DNA of 64,000 nt from Balanoglossus misakiensis (lineage: Eukaryota > Animalia > Hemichordata), in assembly GCA_040954595.2 (NCBI GenBank), contig CM082582.2:10655483-10719482 (forward strand). Reading direction: 5' to 3'. The notes under the pieces are model-generated. The model did not search any database, had not been told where the DNA came from, and worked only from the letters and a program-made list of their open reading frames with translations. Position numbers and translations under genes: made by a program. Positions 55,242 to 64,000 of the stretch are shown here, one piece after another. How positions within the stretch are numbered: position 1 is the stretch's first letter; the number at the start of each line of letters is the position of its first letter.

Positions 55242-55809
55242 AACGCTATCCTGACTGGCCTCGTAAACAGCAAGACTATAAACTGTATGTGAATGGTCTA
55301 AACTTTGTCCGCTGTGTACCTTTGACAGTATGCAAAATGAGCCAGGTAGGACTAGGGGCGGAACAACACGTCAGGGGCCCCACTATGTTTATCATCTACG
55401 CCGTTCCCTTGTCATATGCTCTTGAGAATTCTACCTGAAATTAATAAGGTTTCACAACCGACAACACCATCCATTGAGTGGTTGTCAAATTGGACTCGAA
55501 GAACTTTGGTCGTCAGGACTATTATTCTAACAAGTCACCTTATTTGGGTGTAATACGATTATCCCCCCCCCCTCCCGGTGCCATTAATGGCCGGTCCCTG
55601 GTGTCAGTCAGCGCTCCAATGACGCTTGCTTGCCCGATGTGTGTATCAGCGACGTCCAAAGAAGTGACGGGGCGGATTAGCTATTGTTTGTCTCGGTTAT
55701 CTAGTTTATATGCTAGATACTAGTAAGCGGCTAGCTTGGAAAGGGGCAGTCTGCATGCGCATGTGCGAAAATAGACTGTCTGCGTGTTAAACCCTTTAAT
55801 TGTTACATA

Positions 55810-55810
<1 letters not shown>

Positions 55811-55856
<46 letters not shown>

Positions 55857-55857
55857 G
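55811..55857. repeat. (CAGA)n microsatellite
   Basis: About 11 CAGA units between the two aquaporin first exons. Confidence 0.9.
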
Positions 55858-56566
55858 GTATATAGACCAACGTATGGAGAGAAAAAGAAACAATACACCC
55901 TATTTTGTTTGTCATATTTCATAACCTTGGCAACCACTTTAAAATGTTTTATATCAGAGATATCGTCATGCTGAAAATTTGAAGCCAATATTGATTATCT
56001 CGCTGAGAAACTTCGTCAAAAAGGGTTATTTGATTGTCCGGTCATAAATATTTCGCTGGACATCGACCTGTACAGGCATATGTAGCAATAAAAAAGGAAG
56101 ATACGATGCTGTCAGTCTCATTTTGAGAACAGTGACAAAGAATATCAAGGCAGGCTGACTTGTCACCGAGAATCAACCACCTGTTGGATTTACACAACTG
56201 CGACGCTGGAGGCGCACTGCCCATGCAAAGTTGGTGTGCCGACCACGCCCCTCTTGAAACGTCGAACTCAACCTGAACGTCTCCAAGTCTCATCGTGTTT
56301 TTAAAGGGGGGCAGCAGATTGTAACCTCAAGGTGAAGATGTGCGCAAAAATCATTGGCTTAATGTTCACCAATTGATCAATAATAACATGATAACAGCGC
56401 GATGTCCTTATTTGATAGTGATCACGGCCAATTTGAAGCAATCTCAATGTGAAGCGTTGAATAAGTCTGCCAAAGGTCAACGTACACCTGGTCACTGATA
56501 TACGTACTGTCCTCATATGTTATAAAGGGTGTGAGCTACGGAAATTCTCTCTCTCAGTGCACTTAC

Positions 56567-57109
56567 CGCGAACAAATTGCCAGCGGTGACATAGAGTCCG
56601 ATAGCAAGTGATGCGGATCCTTGGAGATCTTTCCTGTTGGCGTCTATAGTTGCAAACACCAGGAAAACCAAGACAAATGTGATCGTGTACTCGATGGCGA
56701 ATCCTTGTTCGACGGACACCCCATCACCCAAAGATAACACGCCGAGTCCACCAAGGACATCTGACGGAGTGGTAGCGTACACGAACCCAGCTCCGGCGAC
56801 GGCTCCGACGCACTGGGCGACGACGTACACAATCGCTCTAGCCGCGCTTATTTTTCGAGTCGCCAACAGGGCACACGTTAGTGCAGGGTTGACGTGCGCC
56901 CCGCCCACGTGTCCGAAAGCGTGCACCACGGTGGCGACCGAGAGTCCCGAACACAGAGATACCTGTAGCACCTTCCAAGTGTGCGGCGGCGGGCCCCAAG
57001 CAGTCGATGACCCCACGCACAGTGCGATTAAGATGGTCGTCGCTATCAGCTCAGACACAACCGCTCGCCAGAATTCGGGCGCTTTCAAGTTGTCCACACT
57101 GCCTGCCAT
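56567..57109 (-). CDS. Aquaporin (AQP4-like) distal first exon 1A (TM1-TM5, 181 aa)
   Basis: MAGSVDNLKAPEFWRAVVSEL...VSLCSGLSVATVVHAFGHVGGAHVNPALT...AIGLYVTAGNLFA|GTAAGT, phase 0; intact frame, donor at the same position as in 1B. Confidence 0.85.
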
Positions 57110-60100
57110 TCGTCTTTCCGGGACCGTCGTGGAAGCTACCAACCAACAAGGAAGATGACTCGGCGGCCAACGTTTGCTGGAACCCCGGCGACTGGACCTT
57201 GCTGGTCGCCACCAACGGACAGTACTCGCTGACTCACGGTTGTATAAAGATCACGGACAAACTTCACACAAGTAAACATCAAGGCCGGCAATTTCTTTGG
57301 CTATAGCACAATACTGACAATAAAATGTTGTTGATTGGGGTTGCGACTGAAAACGAAGGAAAGGAGGATGGTGGAGGAGGACAGACAAGTGTTATCACTT
57401 CACATGAAACAAAAAGACAAACCGAACCACTGCTTAATCAGACTGTAAATTACACCATTATCAATGCAGTTTACTTATTAATACAAATGACAGTAACACC
57501 ACTGGACGTTCAGAATCAAGTGAGATATCTTTTATTGATGTCATCTCCACCTTTCCCCCATAGACAACACTGGTCTTTTGATCTTTTCAGTATAATGTCC
57601 AACTGGTGATAGACTATGTGACCTAAGTGTCGCACATTGAAACTTCTACATGTATGTCTGAAAGTACCACCACTATAAGATGGACACCTCTGTTAGCGTT
57701 TCATAAAAGCAAAGTCAAACTGGTAGTTAATCTACACGACTCGGAGAATTGTTCATTGGCCAAGAACACGCCCATTATTTATACTTAATACTTATCACTA
57801 AGTCTTCTAGTACACGACAAAAAAGAATTCTGTTTTTAAAGTACCCCCAAATTCTGAAATTAAAAACTTAGCTAGACGTAAGACACTTATTAAAACAAAG
57901 GGAAAAAACCAGACTTATTAAAACAGTTCTTTCTCAACTAAAGACAGTTCTTATTTTCAGCAGTAATACAGCTATTCGTACCATCGCCCTCAACTGACTT
58001 GGACGTCATCATCTACTAAGGTTCATGATATAATGCCGATGAGGGCACATTCGAGAGTCGCCCAAGCTGTACATGAAACCACGAGCCCTGTTACGGTAGA
58101 CTACACACATTTAGGGGAACGAGACAATGCCACTTGGAAGAACCAGATTCTTGAATCATATGAACAGTCTTTGTTTGTTTGTTTGAAGAAAAAAAAATCA
58201 CAAAACTTTCGTAGATAGTTCAATTTTTGGTCGTAAAGTACGTTGCTTTGGGTGTTCAGGTGGATTATATGTGCGTCCATTTCAAACAGTATACCCGTAG
58301 AGTACACGTCACATTCATACTATTTCTCAGTGTCCCCAGATAAAATTCACAATTACAGAATGACAAAATCACTTAAACTACAAGAAAAAAATACCCAACA
58401 GAATACAATGTGAAATACAGACAGAAAGTACTCCAACACTGGCAAGATTTCCACTCGTAGGCACTCATCACTACTACTAAAGTAAATTTATATCTCATAC
58501 AGAAAAAATTGCATTATTTTTGCTTATTGCAAATAATCAAATGCCTTCATCGAATCCTGTTGCTGTATAATAACACACAGCAACTTCACAATGAAAATTT
58601 CACTGAATTAAACCCAACCTCTTGGTGTATATATATACTAGTAATATTGGAGAAAATTCAAGGTATCGTATACGCGTACAACAAAAATTTTACTGGTGGA
58701 AATATCGTCTTCATTTGTCTAAGGAAAGTATAATGAAAAGTGGACTAACACTTCGCACGATCAATACCTACTGACAACACAACACGACAGCAAAAGAAAC
58801 GACAACACTCGGCCATGGGCCAATATCAGCCTACACAGAAAAGGCGAAACTAGCAACCTTTGAGCCCTGTAAAGCTTGCCTACACTTCGGGTGACTCTTA
58901 GATGACCTCTCCATGGTACTCAGCCTCTGTGATACACATTTTATTCCATACGTTTCGTCTTTAAAGTTTACACATGCACTACTATCCATCACAAGCCCTT
59001 CTTTTAAGTCTTAGAGCTAAAATTGACGAGAAATGTCACCCCTGCAAAAGAACTATCACCGAAACTTGAGAGCAGTCAAAACTTCAACAGTGCGAATTAC
59101 GGCGACAGGTAAAGAAACCTCAAATGCGTGAAGAGATGTTAGCATGCACTACGGAAATTACATTTCCAATTTAATTTCAGATCGAGCTACATGCTACATA
59201 TTGGTGTTTTGCGACCAATATGGTTCAAAGCTGTTCCCTGAGAATAAACCCCTAAATTTAATTGTAGGCAGACAGCGCCCTCGCTCTGTACCCTGAAACA
59301 CAACCTCCCATTCCCATGCAAGCAAGACGCCTTCATCTCTCCGGACAGTTTCAACGTGGTCTTGCGGTTATAATCAAGAAAGTTAGTTGTCTACCCTAAA
59401 CTTTTATTGGCATGAGTATAGAGACAGCTAGAGTCCATGCCACAAACACACATTATCATCCACACATAACACACTACTGGATAAATTCAACTTGGTTTTC
59501 TCACTGTTAAGGTTTGTAACTGCAGTTTTCTGAAATGCTATTAAATGCCGCAAGATACTGACCACTACAGTTCATCTTTTAAAAATAGAAGGACGATTCC
59601 TAATATATAGAGAATTCACCATCACAAACAGAGAGTATCATTCAGAAAATTGATTTCGATCGACAAATGAAATAAAACTAATTGTTGATCACCTACTCTC
59701 TAAGAATAGTAATACTAAATCAACCAGGTTGCAATCAACTCAATCTCTTGTGTGATGGACAAACACTTCCCTTGACACAAAAATATAACAGTATAATATT
59801 TTCCACTCTCAGAATTCTAGTCCTTTTTCTTAAAAATCCTAAGATGTGTAAGATGAATGTGAAATAAAGTCTTCATGAAAAATAAAATTATGAAAGTTAG
59901 TACCCCTTCTTGTCCATGTGGTGGGGGCCTAACCAAGTTCTTTTGTTCTTTTTCACTAAATGGATTTGTCTATTGAATTATAGGGGTGGAACGTGGATAT
60001 GAATTAATACTTGTAGAAATTACCACCCTTTAATGGTATTTTCATTACACATTAATTGATTTAATTTATACTTTTCTCTTAAGTCAATTCACTTGAGGGA

Positions 60101-60443
60101 CAATAATTTTTGAGATAAAAATATATTTGTAAACATCTTCCTATCATAAACTTGTATCAAGTGAGTTTGGTATCAGTGTTAAATTTGTGACAATTTTTAA
60201 GATGTACTGGTAAAATATATAGTCTCATCTGAGATTAATACTTTCATTTAATTGCCCCCTCCCCTCTGATAAAAAGAGAAATAGTCACAAAAGATGTGGT
60301 TACATGGATTGACCAAAGTTTTCAAATAAATTAAACAAAAGCAGTGGGATGAACCAAAATGAGAACATCTGGATGACTGGTTGCTATGGTGATGAACACA
60401 CGGTTATGTTGCCGTGTTACCTGGTTTCAAACATCTGATCGAC

Positions 60444-61838
60444 TTATTCAGTGCAGGCCACATACAGGCACTTCTGGGTCAGCTTGGTGAAATAGTCTGG
60501 ATGGGAGAAAGAGAGAGAGAGAAGCAAGCATAAAAATGAGTTCTGCACACATTGTACCAGCACAGCACACACACACTGAACCAGACATGCGCCTGTTCGA
60601 AATCAGCAGTTAGAGGGATGTTTCTAATACATGTATAATTAACCTTTTTCTATGATTTCCTGTCAATCAATCTTTTCATAAACAATATGACAAACATCAC
60701 ACCCCCCCCCCCAACAACAAAAAAGAAAGAAAAATCAGCTGTCTTACTGGTTATTTTCTCTATGATAGCTGGCTTGTTCTTCCACCAGACGAACACAAAG
60801 TAGACAGGTACGCCAGTCATGAGAATAGCAACACCGATCCCAGTGTCTTTAGGCGCCGCGTAGAAACCAACAATGATCAGGAAGGCACAGGCAGCGATGA
60901 AGGTGAATGGCAGTATCAAGTTGACCTGCAAGAGACAGGGGGGAAAAATCAGAGTAGGTCTTAATAACAGGGAAATGCAGTACTGGGTTCTGAATGTGAA
61001 TGGCGATCATGAAGCATACAAAGGTTGGCGGCCATTTTGAATCAGATTCGTGCCGACTTCCCGCCTCAAAAGAACTTGGAATTCTGAGACAACCCTACCT
61101 TAATGGGCCGGGGGATATCCGGTTTCTTCCAGCGGAGAACCACCATTCCGGCGATGGCAGTGCCGATGGACAACCAGGTGATGAAACTGAAGTAGTTGAT
61201 TAAAGTACCAATGTCTTCAGCCAACAAGTACATCAATGACAGGAAACACTGTGAGGAGAGAGGAAATGTTTAGACCATGAGTCAAGATGGTGGTAAAATA
61301 GTGTGGAGTGTATAAAAATCAGTGGTTCTAGTTAGTGGTCCAATGTACCATTTTGCTATTAAGGCTGCATCTAATTGTACATGGTATGTCAATTGGCCGG
61401 ATGTGTGCTACATACACCAAGGCCGAAAATGTGTCACTAAATGTGTACTTACAGTGAGGATCAGTGAAGGTGTAGGTGTCTTCTTCGTAATACTGATCAT
61501 GGCAAACATTTCTGGCAGTTGGCTCTCACGGGCACCCACAAAAAAGATTCTGTTGAAACAAAAAAACACATCGTTTTTTTTTCTGATCTAGGAAGTCCTG
61601 ATAGATAAAATTTAACAAATTTATTATTCTACGATTCATCTTCAGTTGTCAGTGCTAGGTGTGTGTACACCGAACATTGCCTAGCGCCCTCAGCAGTTCA
61701 GATATTAAACACCGTTGTTTTAATTTTCCCTTACCTTGATCCAGTCAGCAAAGAACCATTGACACTGCCAAAGCAGGACAGAGCTACAAAGAGAGGAATT
61801 ATCCATGCCATGACTCCAAGGGTCCAGTTACCAAAAGT
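60444..61838 (-). CDS. LAT1/LAT2-like (SLC7A5/SLC7A8-type) amino acid transporter light chain, last five coding exons; 5' part is off the right edge
   Basis: Exons about 61735-61838, 61452-61548, 61099-61248, 60748-60925, 60444-60496: [15 protein letters not shown]|[12 protein letters not shown]...LINYFSF...[13 protein letters not shown]|VNLILP...[18 protein letters not shown]. Confidence 0.9.
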
Positions 61839-63412
61839 CTGTTTAAAATAAAAATAGATATACGCAAACCAGATAAATAAGTTGCGCCTAATAAATAAGT
61901 TGGGCACTGTCACAGAAGACTGGAATTTGGGTCATGAAAACACCATCCTTTGTTATATTGGGGTCTATTCCCAGCTTGGGATATAAAACCTACACCATTG
62001 TTGAAGTGGTCGACGACAGTAAAACGATGGACGTCATAAAACTATACACTGAGAAAACACATGGGTTACAACCGGTGTTCGAACTGGTGTCATTATCTTT
62101 AATAAAAAAAAGGCCTGACCCTAGGACAAGGTCATCAGTCTGAAGTGGTGTAACCTGCTTACGTGGGGTAACCATAGTTCGTCGAATATTTCAAGACGGT
62201 GGTTTGTTTGTTCAGTGCCACGTGGAACAGACCCTCCAAGTGAAAATGTGGCTGTACTGACAATGTACACCGACACTTGGACACTCACTAAATTTGCTTT
62301 TATTGCAAAAAGTTCAAAAGAGATGTCTTCACGATGTCTTAAAGAACCCAAACTGGGAAGGTAATTCGGGCTCTAGTGCCTGCGTGTACTTTGGAGCTGG
62401 GTGGACAACAGTCCTGTGTCTCTTTTCCAGAACCTCGGACCTAACACGCCATCAGACCAACCGCTATGCCTATGAGACCACTTCAAACACACACTATCAA
62501 AAAGTGATCAGTCAAAACACACACAAATAAGAGATTTGAAGTGTGCCACCTTCACATTTAAATATGGTGATAGGCATCCTATGATAGTGTGTCCATTTAA
62601 CCTGCTAGTCGTAAAAGATTGTCAATAAAATTGCTGTTTCACTGATACAGGTTATTTGCTGGTGGTGTAAATATGCTCTCCTGTTAATGGTAACAACTGA
62701 ATTTGGTTTTCATGGCTGACGTGCATACAGGAGCTTGTCTCACAATCGTGCCATGCCTGGTATCTTGTACACAGCTGGTGAACTGCCAATTTTGTCAAAA
62801 TCTTGACAGCTGCATTAACAGCATTGTACAGTACTCAGTTCTGAGGGGCAAAGTGACAGAAGACAAATAATAGTTATCAAGATGGTGGCCCTTTTTGCTC
62901 CAAATCGTAGGGTCGAGTCAACTGCGTATGTGGCAGACAGGATGGTGATGATAAAGACGTGATGCTTATACACTGCTGCATAGAACATCTATTAACTGTG
63001 CTGGTACTGCACTATTTAGACTGTGGTTTACTTGGTCACAACCACACTGCATAAATAGTTTTCTTTCCACATTCCAGACAACAGCACCACTCACTTCCCC
63101 CCCCCCCCCCCCCATGAATACATGCATCGACCACACAGCAAACATTACCCCCTTCATGTGGGACGATTGTCACCTGTGACCTATCAACATGGAAAACCAC
63201 AAAGTTTGAATAAAACACTATATAATACATTCTTTGTATTGCGACAAAATAGTCAAAACTGGATTGTGATAAGAGCCCTCCTGTCTCGCTCAAAAAACAT
63301 AGTGTCTCGTGTACTGAAATATCCGGTGTTTTTTTTCTCTCACAGACTCTCTGTGGGCACATTAATTTGAACATGTGCCGACTGGTTTACACTGCACCAC
63401 AATGACATCAAT

Positions 63413-63509
63413 TGAACCCTTTCACCACCATGGTTCAGTCCAAACCCATTGTTTTCAATCATGAGGTTGGACCTCTACAGATCGAGGGTACTGGGGGTGA
63501 AAGGGTTAA
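63413..63509. mobile_element. piggyBac-like MITE, same family as 38600-38692
   Basis: TGAA-CCCTTTCACCACCATGGTT...GGACC...GGGGTGAAAGGG-TTAA; shares TIRs and internal sequence with the 38.6-kb copy. Confidence 0.7.
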
Positions 63510-64000
63510 AACTGACAGTACCAGGCTCTTGATGTATTACGGACTGTTGAGTACATGTAAACTTTTGACCCTTTGAACTCGATCGGCACACAAGAAACTG
63601 ACCATCACATGCACTCACAGAATTCAGAAGCTTACCAATATCTGTGCAAAAAACATCTTGCCTAATTTACTAATCAATCAATTTTCTTGGTCCCGAATAA
63701 TTTTAATTTGAAAAGTGACAAGCAAGTGCTGAAAAATTAGATATGACTTAGGGTGACCCAGATAGCATTTTCACATTCCCACGCTGTCTCTTTGAGTGTA
63801 TCTGAATGGAGAGAGTCAACAATGAAAAGTGTTTGCACTGCATGATATCTTGCCCGGCATAAAAGGTTGAAAAAACACAGAGGTCAAATGCCATCGCCAT
63901 CAGATACACAACCACCACCTTGATGAATAACCTTTGAATCAGACAGTGGTCAACGGTTACTCCTGTGGTATAAATCAATTTACGGTGGAAATGTTTCTGA

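Noticed and set aside
61850-64000. A second alternative TM8 exon in the long intron of the LAT-like gene
   Set aside because: Looked for a 104-bp paralogous exon; candidates near 62163 and 63635 have donors but no TM8 similarity.
1-64000. tRNA, rRNA, snRNA genes, CRISPR arrays, autonomous transposase or RT ORFs
   Set aside because: No diagnostic motifs seen by eye; the DNA is eukaryotic and no repeat-spacer array is present.

Overview
Eukaryotic, intron-rich, AT-rich animal DNA, most likely a marine invertebrate (deuterostome-like proteins plus a gene family not known from vertebrates; species cannot be determined). Left to right: first coding exon of a bestrophin (-), head-to-head with a multi-exon FG-GAP membrane protein of the plant NERD1/At3g51050 family (+); TRAPPC8 (-), which has a U12-type intron; ~15 kb of non-coding DNA; two tandem b(0,+)AT/SLC7A9-like amino-acid transporter light chains (+); an AQP4-like aquaporin locus (-); and the 3' half of a LAT1/LAT2-like SLC7 gene (-). 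Main observations: (1) the aquaporin has two duplicated large first exons with different pore-filter residues (F/H versus S/N) but only one set of C-terminal exons, which carry an NSA motif; (2) an intronless ANO10 gene is nested on the same strand inside that aquaporin intron; (3) the first SLC7A9-like gene has two paralogous 104-bp TM8 exons that must be mutually exclusive; (4) a young 428-bp MITE with 130-bp TIRs and a 10-bp TSD. Exon structures were read by eye from splice signals and remembered protein homology, not from transcript data or database searches.
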